This document shows, piece by piece, positions 12,616 through 20,708 of a stretch of DNA of 64,000 bases. Origin of the DNA: an uncultured bacterium (GTDB lineage: Bacteria; Bacillota; Negativicutes; Acidaminococcales; Acidaminococcaceae); assembly GCA_905215645.1 (NCBI GenBank), contig CAJMQS010000002.1:65186-129185 (forward strand), given 5' to 3'. Position 1 is the first letter of the stretch; every line of letters starts with the position of its first letter. A program made the translations under genes and the position numbers. A model generated the notes under the pieces. It saw nothing but the letters and a program-made list of their open reading frames with translations. It searched no databases and was not told the DNA's origin.

Positions 12616-13323
12616 TTACTTATTGGAATGGACTTGCTTGAAAATCGGGGCCAGGGCAATCACGGTCAGCATGGTAAAGATGAAAGCCTGGAGAAAACCT
12701 ATGATCAGGCTGAAGCCGATCCACAGGTTGGGCACCACCCAGGGTACCAGCATATACAGCACGGCCAGCAGGATTTCCCCTGCCAGGATGTTCCCGAACA
12801 GACGCAGGGCCATGGTCAGCGGTTTGGCCAGCTCTTCGATGATGTTCAGGGGGAGCATCAGCGCAAAGGGGGAGACCAAATGCTTGAAATATTTGGGTCC
12901 CTGCTGGATCACTCCGATGATGTAGGTGGCGATGGCCACAGTGATGGAAAGGCCCAGAGCCACGTTGATGTCGTTGGTGGGAGAAGAAAGATGCACACCC
13001 ACAGAGGGCATCAGCCCCAGTTCATTCCCTACAAAGATATAAAGGAACAGGGTAAGGATAAAGGGGGTGGCCACCCGCCGTCCTTCCACACCAAGGTTGG
13101 CATCCATCAGTTTTTCCAGCCACTCGATGATCATTTCCATCAGATTCTGGATTCCATAGGGAATCTCCTGTACCCGCCGGGTGGCGGCAAAGACCAGTGC
13201 TGCCACGATCAGCATGGTAAGCCAGGACATATAGATTGTCTGCATATTCAGGCTGATCCCCGGCAGGACTTCTGTAGTCCCATAATGGATGACTTCCGAA
13301 CTTGCAGCTTCTGCAATTCCCAT
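12616..13323 (-). CDS. atpB: F-type ATP synthase subunit a
   Basis: Conserved Arg motif (LRLFGNILAGE). Start trimmed to MGIAEAA after AAAGGAAGTG RBS. Confidence 0.85.
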   Translation of the reverse strand: MGIAEAASSEVIHYGTTEVLPGISLNMQTIYMSWLTMLIVAALVFAATRRVQEIPYGIQNLMEMIIEWLEKLMDANLGVEGRRVATPFILTLFLYIFVGNELGLMPSVGVHLSSPTNDINVALGLSITVAIATYIIGVIQQGPKYFKHLVSPFALMLPLNIIEELAKPLTMALRLFGNILAGEILLAVLYMLVPWVVPNLWIGFSLIIGFLQAFIFTMLTVIALAPIFKQVHSNK

Positions 13324-13377
13324 ATTCTTATCACTTCCTTTACAAAGATTCTGCTTTTTATCGGAAACTCTGAACAT

Positions 13378-13794
13378 TCAGGATTTCCGGCATCCAAGAC
13401 GGCAGTATGCCATCTGGATGATCAAGCCCACATTCAGGACCAGGAAACCGGCCAGGACCAGCACCGGCTGCCACCGGTTCCGCAAAGCCAGGACCGTCCA
13501 GCACAAGAGGAAGGCGATGCGGGTAAACATGGTCCGGTGCATGGCAAGAGCCGCTTTGTCCGGTTCCTTCCGCATGCCCCGGTGGATCCCCCACAGGACT
13601 TGGAAGGTATCGGACAGCCCGGCAGCCGCTCCCAGGACTGTTCCCCTGCCATCCCCGCCCAAGATCAGGACCAGGATCAGGAAACAGCCAGCCAGCACCG
13701 CCTGTTTCCAAAAGAGCTTCCGGAGCTGTCCCCCCAGGATCTGGAGGAGATTCCCCTCCTGAGGCGTCCCCGGGCCATTTTTCCAGGGATCCAT
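13378..13794 (-). CDS. atpI: ATP synthase protein I (AtpI/AtpZ-like)
   Basis: Small hydrophobic protein at the head of the atp operon. Confidence 0.6.
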   Translation of the reverse strand: MDPWKNGPGTPQEGNLLQILGGQLRKLFWKQAVLAGCFLILVLILGGDGRGTVLGAAAGLSDTFQVLWGIHRGMRKEPDKAALAMHRTMFTRIAFLLCWTVLALRNRWQPVLVLAGFLVLNVGLIIQMAYCRLGCRKS

Positions 13795-13800
13795 CGACGG

Positions 13801-14967
13801 CTACTTGTTCTGCCCCCCATGGAATTCCGGCATCAGTTCTACAGGATACCCATGGGTATGGAGCAGATAGGTGACGATCCGTTTGGCAGCCTGTCCGTCC
13901 CCATAGGGATTGACGGCTTCCGCCATGGACCGATAGTATTTTTCATCGTTCAGGAGACGGCAAGTGGCAGCATACACATCTTCCTTCCCGGTGCCAATCA
14001 GCTTCACCGTACCGGCAGTGACGGCTTCCGGCCGTTCCGTGGTGCTGCGCAGCACCAGGACCGGTTTGCCCAGGGCAGGTGCCTCTTCCTGGATACCGCC
14101 GGAATCAGTCAGGACAATGTCCACCCGAGCCATCAAGTTGGCAAAAGGTTCATACTCCATGGGTTCCAGCAGATGGACCCGTTCCATCTTGCCCAGGACC
14201 GCTTCGGCCACTTCCCGCACTTTGGGATTCTTGTGCATGGGGAAAATGGCTTCCGCCTGGGGATTGTCCTTCAGGACTTCCTTCAGGGCCTGGTATACAT
14301 GGCGCATGGGGACTCCCAGATTTTCTCTCCGGTGAGTGGTCATGAGGATCAGCTTATGGTCGGAACGGATGGCTTCCTCCAGCTTCGGATTGTGAAAGTC
14401 AAAGGAATCCTTCACCGTAGCTTGGAGGGCATCGATCACCGTATTCCCGGTCACATAGATATTGTCCTCCTTGATATTTTCCTTTAGGAGATTGGCCTTG
14501 GCATTGGCCGTGGGTGCAAAATGGAAATCCGTGATGGCTGCCGTCAGTTTCCGGTTCATCTCTTCCGGGAAGGGAGAATACTTGTTCCCGGTACGGAGCC
14601 CCGCTTCCACATGGCCTACAGGGATCTGCTTGTAGAAAGAAGCCAGCGCCCCTACAAAGGTGGTAGTGGTATCCCCATGGACCAGGACCAGATCCGGCTG
14701 TGCCTGTTCCAGGACTTCCTTCAAGCCCATCAGGGCACGGCTGGTCACATCATACAAAGTCTGGCCTGCGGTCATGATGTTCAGATCATAATCCGGTTTG
14801 ATCTGGAACAGATCCAGCACCTGATCCAGCATTTCCCGGTGCTGGGCCGTCACCGCAACGATGGGTTCCAGCATATCCGGATACTTTTTCATTTCCAGCA
14901 CCAGCGGGCACATCTTAATGGCTTCCGGCCGGGTACCGAAAATCGTCATGACTTTCAATTTGTTCAT
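13801..14967 (-). CDS. wecB: UDP-N-acetylglucosamine 2-epimerase (non-hydrolysing)
   Basis: MTIFGTRPEAIKM..., 388-aa epimerase_2 fold throughout. Confidence 0.9.
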   Translation of the reverse strand: MNKLKVMTIFGTRPEAIKMCPLVLEMKKYPDMLEPIVAVTAQHREMLDQVLDLFQIKPDYDLNIMTAGQTLYDVTSRALMGLKEVLEQAQPDLVLVHGDTTTTFVGALASFYKQIPVGHVEAGLRTGNKYSPFPEEMNRKLTAAITDFHFAPTANAKANLLKENIKEDNIYVTGNTVIDALQATVKDSFDFHNPKLEEAIRSDHKLILMTTHRRENLGVPMRHVYQALKEVLKDNPQAEAIFPMHKNPKVREVAEAVLGKMERVHLLEPMEYEPFANLMARVDIVLTDSGGIQEEAPALGKPVLVLRSTTERPEAVTAGTVKLIGTGKEDVYAATCRLLNDEKYYRSMAEAVNPYGDGQAAKRIVTYLLHTHGYPVELMPEFHGGQNK

Positions 14968-14984
14968 TTTCCTTCGCCCCTATT

Positions 14985-15998
14985 TCATGATCTATCCTGT
15001 AAAATCCCTATTTTCCTAGCACCAATGAAAATCACCGCCAGCAGGAATACCAGCAGTGCAATGGCATAGATCCCCTCCATTTCCGTCAGGAGCACTGCCG
15101 TGAGACAGAGCCCTGCACTGATCAAATACATGAAAATCACTGCCTGCCGCTGGCTGAAGCCCATGGCCAGCAGACGGTGATGGATATGTCCCTTATCCGG
15201 ACTGAAGATCGGCCGCCCGTTTTTGTAGCGGCGGACAATGGCAAATGCCGTATCCATGATGGGAAGCCCCAGCGCAATGGCAGGGACCAAAAGCGCAATG
15301 GTGGCCGCACTCTTCACGGCCCCGAAGATAGAAATGGCCGCCAGCATATAGCCCAGGAACAGGCTCCCGGTATCTCCCATGAAAATGGTGGCTGGGTTGA
15401 AGTTGTACCGGATGAAGCCGATGATGCCTCCGGCCAGGGCTGCCGTCAAAACCGCCACCGGATACAGCCCCTGCTGCAGGGCCACCATGATGATGGTGAC
15501 AGAAGCGATGGCGGATACCCCTGCCGCCAGTCCATCCAGCCCGTCGATCAAGTTCACCACATTGGTGAAGCTGACGATCCAGAACACGGTAAAGGGAATG
15601 GAAAGGTAGTTCAGATAAAAATAGCCGCCCAAGGGATTGTTCAGCCACTCGATCCGGATCCCGAAACACACGGGGACTAGCGCCGCAATGATCTGTCCCA
15701 CCAATTTGACCTTGGCTGCCAGCTGGAACATGTCATCCAGGATCCCTACGATAGCAATCACTGTGCCTCCCAGCAGGATCCCCACCACATCCCGGGTCAG
15801 CTCCATGCTGGCGATGGCAGCCGCCATGAACCCGAGATAAATGGCCAGGCCACCCATCCTGGGCATGATCCGGTGATGGACCTTCCGTGCGTTGGGACGG
15901 TCCACCGCTCCGATCCGGAATGCCAGTTTCTTGACAAAGGGTGTCAGGACCCAGCTGATGATCAGCGATATGCTCAATGCCAGTAAATACGTCTTCAC
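14985..15998 (-). CDS. tagO: undecaprenyl-phosphate N-acetylglucosaminyl 1-phosphate transferase (MraY/WecA family)
   Basis: Polytopic membrane protein. MraY/WecA-family motifs (DD..G, LIDGLDGLA). Confidence 0.85.
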   Translation of the reverse strand: MKTYLLALSISLIISWVLTPFVKKLAFRIGAVDRPNARKVHHRIMPRMGGLAIYLGFMAAAIASMELTRDVVGILLGGTVIAIVGILDDMFQLAAKVKLVGQIIAALVPVCFGIRIEWLNNPLGGYFYLNYLSIPFTVFWIVSFTNVVNLIDGLDGLAAGVSAIASVTIIMVALQQGLYPVAVLTAALAGGIIGFIRYNFNPATIFMGDTGSLFLGYMLAAISIFGAVKSAATIALLVPAIALGLPIMDTAFAIVRRYKNGRPIFSPDKGHIHHRLLAMGFSQRQAVIFMYLISAGLCLTAVLLTEMEGIYAIALLVFLLAVIFIGARKIGILQDRS

Positions 15999-16235
15999 AA
16001 AACAAGCCTTTCTGCGGGATTCCCGCCCAGGGAACTGTTATTTCTTTCCCTTTTTCTATGATTTCATTCTGCTCTTTTACTCATACAGATTTATTATAGT
16101 ACAGTTTGGGAAAATCTACAATTTCTTCCCCCGCTCCTTTGTGACAATTTTACCATATTTTCTCTTTCCCATCCTGCAGTTCCGGTTTACAGCTTGCCTG
16201 TCACGTGCTAAACTGAAGCCATCGGAGGTGTTTCT

Positions 16236-16775
16236 ATGCATGAATTGATCCAGCTGTTCACGGTATTCGCCCGTATCGGAGCAGTCACTTTCGGAGGCGG
16301 CTATGCCATGCTGCCCATTCTCCAGGCTGAAGTCGTAGAAAAATACCATTGGGCTACCGAGGAAGAACTGGCTGACTACTATGCAGTGGGACAGTGCACC
16401 CCCGGCGTCATTGCCGTCAATACGGCCACTTTCATCGGCATGAAGCGGAAAGGGATCCCCGGCGGGCTCATCGCAACACTTGGCGTGGTCTTCCCTTCCC
16501 TGGTGATCATCACACTCATTGCCGCTTTCCTTTCCAATTTTGCGCAGATCCAATTCGTCAAAGATGCCTTCGCCGGGATCAGGGTCTGCGTCTGTGTGCT
16601 GATTTTCAACGCCATCAAGAAACTGGCCAAGGGAGCCCTGGTGGACAAGCTGACCATCCTGCTGTTCCTGGTGGTCATGGGGATCAACCTGTTTTCCAAT
16701 CTTTCTCCGGCCTGGCTGGTGGTCCTTTCCGGGATTGTGGGGCTGGCCGCGAAAAAAGCAGGAGGTGAATTGTAA
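16236..16775 (+). CDS. chrA: chromate transporter ChrA family, short-chain half 1
   Basis: CHR-family signature (GAVTFGGGYAMLP). 179 aa. Overlaps the stop of the next ORF. Confidence 0.8.
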   Translation: MHELIQLFTVFARIGAVTFGGGYAMLPILQAEVVEKYHWATEEELADYYAVGQCTPGVIAVNTATFIGMKRKGIPGGLIATLGVVFPSLVIITLIAAFLSNFAQIQFVKDAFAGIRVCVCVLIFNAIKKLAKGALVDKLTILLFLVVMGINLFSNLSPAWLVVLSGIVGLAAKKAGGEL

Positions 16776-17347
16776 TGGGGCTTCTCTTCCAACTTTTCTA
16801 TGAATTTTTCAAGATCGGCCTTTTCGCCATCGGCGGCGGCATGGCCACCATCCCCTTCCTGACCAAGCTGTCGGCGGCTACCGGCTGGTTCACGGAGACG
16901 GACCTGCTGAACATGATCGCCGTTTCCGAATCCACTCCCGGTCCCATCGGGGTCAATACGGCCACCTATGTAGGGTATCACATCGCCGGCCTACAGGGAG
17001 CCGTGATCGCCACGTTGGGCCTCATCACGCCCTCCATCATCGTAATCATCATCGTCTCCCAATTCCTGAAAAAATTCGGGGACAGCAAATATGTGAAAGC
17101 CGTGATGTATGGTCTGCGGGCTGCTTCGGCCGGCTTGATCGCCGCCGCAGGCTTCCTGGTCGCCCGGGTCACCCTGCTCCATCCAGAAGCCTGGAAGGCG
17201 GGGAACCTGTCCGGTCTCCTGAACCTGCCCTCCATCCTCTTGGCCGTGATTTTGTTCCTGCTCACCAATCGGTATAAAAAGATCCATCCCATCGCTTTCC
17301 TGGCCGCTTCGGCTGTAGTAGGCGTAGTGTTCCATTTTGCAGGGTAA
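16775..17347 (+). CDS. chrA: chromate transporter ChrA family, short-chain half 2
   Basis: Second CHR half (FAIGGGMATIPFL). Its start overlaps the preceding stop. Confidence 0.8.
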   Translation: MGLLFQLFYEFFKIGLFAIGGGMATIPFLTKLSAATGWFTETDLLNMIAVSESTPGPIGVNTATYVGYHIAGLQGAVIATLGLITPSIIVIIIVSQFLKKFGDSKYVKAVMYGLRAASAGLIAAAGFLVARVTLLHPEAWKAGNLSGLLNLPSILLAVILFLLTNRYKKIHPIAFLAASAVVGVVFHFAG

Positions 17348-17364
17348 GGAGGTTTCTGCTCTCC

Positions 17365-18255
17365 TTAGTCCGAGGTGCTGCCCATTGCGTGCAGCACCCC
17401 TTTTTTTACGTACTCCAAGAACTTCTTCAGGGCGGGAGAAGCCTGATCCAGGCAGGGGAGGGCCATCCCCAGTTCCAGCCGGTCCTCGGTGGCAAAGGGC
17501 AGCACCTTCACCTTCCCCTGCCAGCGCCGGCTGCTGAAAGCATTATCCATGGACAGCCCCAGTCCTGCCTCCACCATGGTCCAACAGGTATACATGTTGC
17601 TGGTGGAGAACCGGACATCGGGATGGATATGATATTTGGCCAAAAACAGATCCGTATCCGTTTCCTGCTGAGGCAGGGGTTCGATAAAAGGCTGGCCTTC
17701 CAGGTCCTCCGGCCGGAGGGCCTTCTGCTTTGCCAGAGGATGATTTCCTGGAATCCAGGCCACCAGCCGGTCCTGATACAGAGGGACCCAATCTCCCAGG
17801 TATCCTGGATGGCGGCTGAAGAGACAGCAGCTGAGCCGATGCTCCCGGAGCCCTTCCAAGAGGGTCTGGTTCCCGGCCTCCTGGACATGGACCCGGATCC
17901 CAGGATAATCCTGCTGAAAGGCCCGGAGGATCTCCGGAAGCCAGCAGGAAGCGATGCTGTAATAGCTGCCCACGAACAGTTCTCCCTGTTCCAATCCCAG
18001 GATCCCGGCACTTTCCTCCCGGATCTGCTGGCTCCAATAAAGGAGTTCTCGGATGGCAGGCAGCAGCCGGTTCCCCTCCCGGGTCAGCTGCACCCCTTGG
18101 GACGTGCGGAAAAGGAGAGAGAACCCAAGGTCCCGTTCCAGACTGTCCAGCATCCGGGTAAGTCCCGAGGGAGAATACCCCAGTGTCCGGGCGGCGGCGG
18201 TGATGCTCCCCTGCTCCACTGCCTGGAGCAGGGCTTGGTATTTTTCCGTATCCAT
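17365..18255 (-). CDS. LysR-family transcriptional regulator
   Basis: wHTH (LQAVEQGSITAAARTLGYSPS) plus LysR substrate-binding domain. Start trimmed to MDTEKYQ after GAGGGAGG RBS. Confidence 0.85.
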   Translation of the reverse strand: MDTEKYQALLQAVEQGSITAAARTLGYSPSGLTRMLDSLERDLGFSLLFRTSQGVQLTREGNRLLPAIRELLYWSQQIREESAGILGLEQGELFVGSYYSIASCWLPEILRAFQQDYPGIRVHVQEAGNQTLLEGLREHRLSCCLFSRHPGYLGDWVPLYQDRLVAWIPGNHPLAKQKALRPEDLEGQPFIEPLPQQETDTDLFLAKYHIHPDVRFSTSNMYTCWTMVEAGLGLSMDNAFSSRRWQGKVKVLPFATEDRLELGMALPCLDQASPALKKFLEYVKKGVLHAMGSTSD

Positions 18256-18283
18256 ATCCAGCCTCCCTCTTTTTGCTTTTTGT

Positions 18284-18331
18284 ATTGCGTATTCAGCAAT
18301 AGTATATTGCATATCTTGCGCTTCCTGCAAT
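18284..18331. promoter_or_regulatory. two LysR-type inverted-repeat boxes in a divergent promoter region
   Basis: ATTGC-N7-GCAAT at 18284-18300 and ATTGCA-N14-TGCAAT at 18306-18331. Both lie between the LysR gene and the divergent EamA gene. Confidence 0.45.
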
Positions 18332-18388
18332 GCTTATTTCTTTCTATAATGGAACCAGAAAGAAAAAAACTACAGGGAGGTCTTACCT

Positions 18389-19306
18389 ATGAAACCGGCT
18401 GCCGCCAAAATCCTTATGGCCCTAATCATCCTGACCCGGAGCAGTGCCTTTCTCTTTTCCAAATTCGTCTTGGAAGAACTGACGCCTTTCCAGGCCCTGG
18501 GCTGGCGGTTCACCCTGGCATTCCTGGTCATGGGAGTGCTGCTCCGCCGCCATCTGCTCCGTGCCTGGAAAAAAGATGCCTATCTGGGACCCAAGAGCCT
18601 GGGTCTGGGTCTGCTGCTTTTTGCCGTCATGGGAGCCGAAATGCGGAGCCTGCTCACGGCCGAAATCCACACAGTGGCTTTTCTGGAAAATCTCTCTCTG
18701 GCCTTAGTGCCTCTGTTCCTGGCCCTATGGTACCGGCGCCTGCCCAGTGACCGGATTCTCCAGGGCGTGGGCTTCATCCTGCTGGGGGTAGCCGCCCTCA
18801 CCATCGGCACCGCCGGGTTCACCCTGGCAGGAGGAGAAGGCTGGGCCCTCCTGGCAGCTGTTTTCTATGCAGGCTACATCATTGCCATGGGGAAACTGTC
18901 CCACACCGCAGACCCCCTGGCCCTGGGGACCCTCCACATGGGTTTCATGGGCCTCCTGAGCTTCGGGGCTGCCCTGTTCCTGGAGGGCGGGATCCCGGTG
19001 CCGTCACAGCCGGCCACCTGGCATTCCCTGGCCTTCCAGGTACTGATATGCAGCTGTTTCGGTTTTGCCTTCCAGCCCAAAGCCCAGCAGTACCTGACGG
19101 CGGAAGAAGCCGGTCTGTACTGTGCCATCAATCCCCTGTTCGCCAGCTGCCTGGGCCACTGGTTCCTGGGCGAGACCCTAGGCGCCGCAGGGATCCTAGG
19201 AGCGGTGTATATCCTCACCGGGCTGGGATTCGTGAACTGGAAGGGTCTGTCACAAGAGCGACAGACCTCTGTCAGCGGTCAGCTGTCAACGGCCGCTGAC
19301 CATTGA
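18389..19306 (+). CDS. EamA/DMT-family transporter
   Basis: 10-TM protein with duplicated EamA halves. Divergent from the LysR gene. Confidence 0.8.
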   Translation: MKPAAAKILMALIILTRSSAFLFSKFVLEELTPFQALGWRFTLAFLVMGVLLRRHLLRAWKKDAYLGPKSLGLGLLLFAVMGAEMRSLLTAEIHTVAFLENLSLALVPLFLALWYRRLPSDRILQGVGFILLGVAALTIGTAGFTLAGGEGWALLAAVFYAGYIIAMGKLSHTADPLALGTLHMGFMGLLSFGAALFLEGGIPVPSQPATWHSLAFQVLICSCFGFAFQPKAQQYLTAEEAGLYCAINPLFASCLGHWFLGETLGAAGILGAVYILTGLGFVNWKGLSQERQTSVSGQLSTAADH

Positions 19307-19316
19307 CCGTTGACAG
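19269..19316. repeat. dispersed short repeat copy B (nested inverted repeats)
   Basis: CTGTCAGCGGTCAGCTGTCAACGGCCGCTGACCATTGACCGTTGACAG, at the 3' end of the EamA gene. Confidence 0.6.
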
Positions 19317-19320
19317 AAAA

Positions 19321-19354
19321 AGAGAGGCTGCCTCAGACAGTCTCTCTTTTTTTC
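19321..19354. terminator. bidirectional rho-independent terminator
   Basis: Hairpin AGAGAGGCTG...CAGTCTCTCT, flanked by an A-run and a T7 run. Sits between convergent EamA and MATE genes. Confidence 0.7.
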
Positions 19355-20697
19355 TTTTCCATATATCTCAGCCGCAGGCTCAGGAAAGCGGCGGAGAAGA
19401 AGATCCCTGTAATGAGCCCCAGCCAATAGCCGTCCGGGCCCTTGTGGAGCCCGTGGTCCAAGAACAAGCCGAAGGGCAGGGCAATACCCCAGTAAGCCGC
19501 CAAGGCGGAATAAAAAGTGGCCTTTACATCCTTGTAGCCCCGGAGGACTCCCTGGATGGGAGCCGCAGTGCTGTCAAAAAACTGGAAAGCTACCGCGAAA
19601 GTCAGGAAGTGCATGATGGGATCCATCAGATTGGGATCTGCCGTATAGAGCCGGGCAATCAGCCCTCTGCCCAGGAACAGGCAGCAGCCGAAAAAGGCCC
19701 CGATCAGGATGTTGGACAGCCGTCCCGTATCTGCATATGCTTTGGCCTGGACAAAATCCCGGGCCCCTACATAAGCTCCTACGATAATGGTCAGGGACAG
19801 GGAAAAGCTCAAGGGCACCATGTACAGCATGTTACAGAAGCTCATGGCCGCTTGGTTGGCGGCCACCACCACAGTCCCAAACCGGGATACCAGCAGGCAT
19901 TCCACCCCAAAGAAGCTGGTTTCCAGAAAGATGGCCAGACCCATGGGGATGCCGATGCGCAGATGCTCCCGGATGTGGCGGAAAGAAAAACCGGAGGTCC
20001 GGAATACATGGAAATCCCGGAACACCTGCAGCCGGAGCACCAGCAGGGCAAAAGAAAGGAACAGCAGCCAGCAGGTAATGGCCGTCCCTACCCCGGCTCC
20101 CGGGCCGCCCAAAGCCGGAGCTCCCAGTTTGCCGAAAATGAAGATGTAGTTCATGCAGGCATTCACCGGCATGGTCAGGATGAAAAGCCGCATGGTCACC
20201 TGGGTATATCCCATGGTGTCTACAAAAGAACGAAGGATATTGGCACAAAACAGCGGCAGGATGCCCCAGGCCACAAAGCCCAAGTACCGGAAGGCCACGC
20301 TCCGGACTTCCGGAGCCAGGCTCATGGTGTCCAAAATCCTGGGCAGTAGCTGGGAACCGGCGCCGATCACCGTCACGGCCAGGGCGCAGGCCAAAACCAG
20401 ACCGCTGACCACCGCGCCGGAAATCTTTTGGAACTGCCGAGCCCCCCGATAGTTGGCTACGATGGGCGTCAGGGCCTGGAGGATGCCATTGAGTCCGGTG
20501 AACACCGGCATCCACACATTGGTGCCGATGGCCACCCCGGCCAGCTGGACGGTGCCCGCATGGCCGCTCATCACCGTATCGAAAAGGCTCATGCCTGTGA
20601 TGCAGAGCTGGGTGATCAGGATAGGGACCATGACCCCTAGGATTTTCTTCAGCCGGGAACGGAAGGTGCCGGTCCTGGCAAGCGTCATTTCAGTCAA
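19333..20697 (-). CDS. MATE-family efflux transporter
   Basis: 454 aa, 12 TM. MATE duplicated-repeat pattern. Confidence 0.85.
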   Translation of the reverse strand: MTEMTLARTGTFRSRLKKILGVMVPILITQLCITGMSLFDTVMSGHAGTVQLAGVAIGTNVWMPVFTGLNGILQALTPIVANYRGARQFQKISGAVVSGLVLACALAVTVIGAGSQLLPRILDTMSLAPEVRSVAFRYLGFVAWGILPLFCANILRSFVDTMGYTQVTMRLFILTMPVNACMNYIFIFGKLGAPALGGPGAGVGTAITCWLLFLSFALLVLRLQVFRDFHVFRTSGFSFRHIREHLRIGIPMGLAIFLETSFFGVECLLVSRFGTVVVAANQAAMSFCNMLYMVPLSFSLSLTIIVGAYVGARDFVQAKAYADTGRLSNILIGAFFGCCLFLGRGLIARLYTADPNLMDPIMHFLTFAVAFQFFDSTAAPIQGVLRGYKDVKATFYSALAAYWGIALPFGLFLDHGLHKGPDGYWLGLITGIFFSAAFLSLRLRYMEKKKRETV

Positions 20698-20708
20698 CCA
20701 ATCAACTC

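Noticed and set aside
12274-14487. 737-aa plus-strand ORF
   Set aside because: Antisense to atpE, atpB, atpI and wecB. No domain content. High-GC frame artefact.
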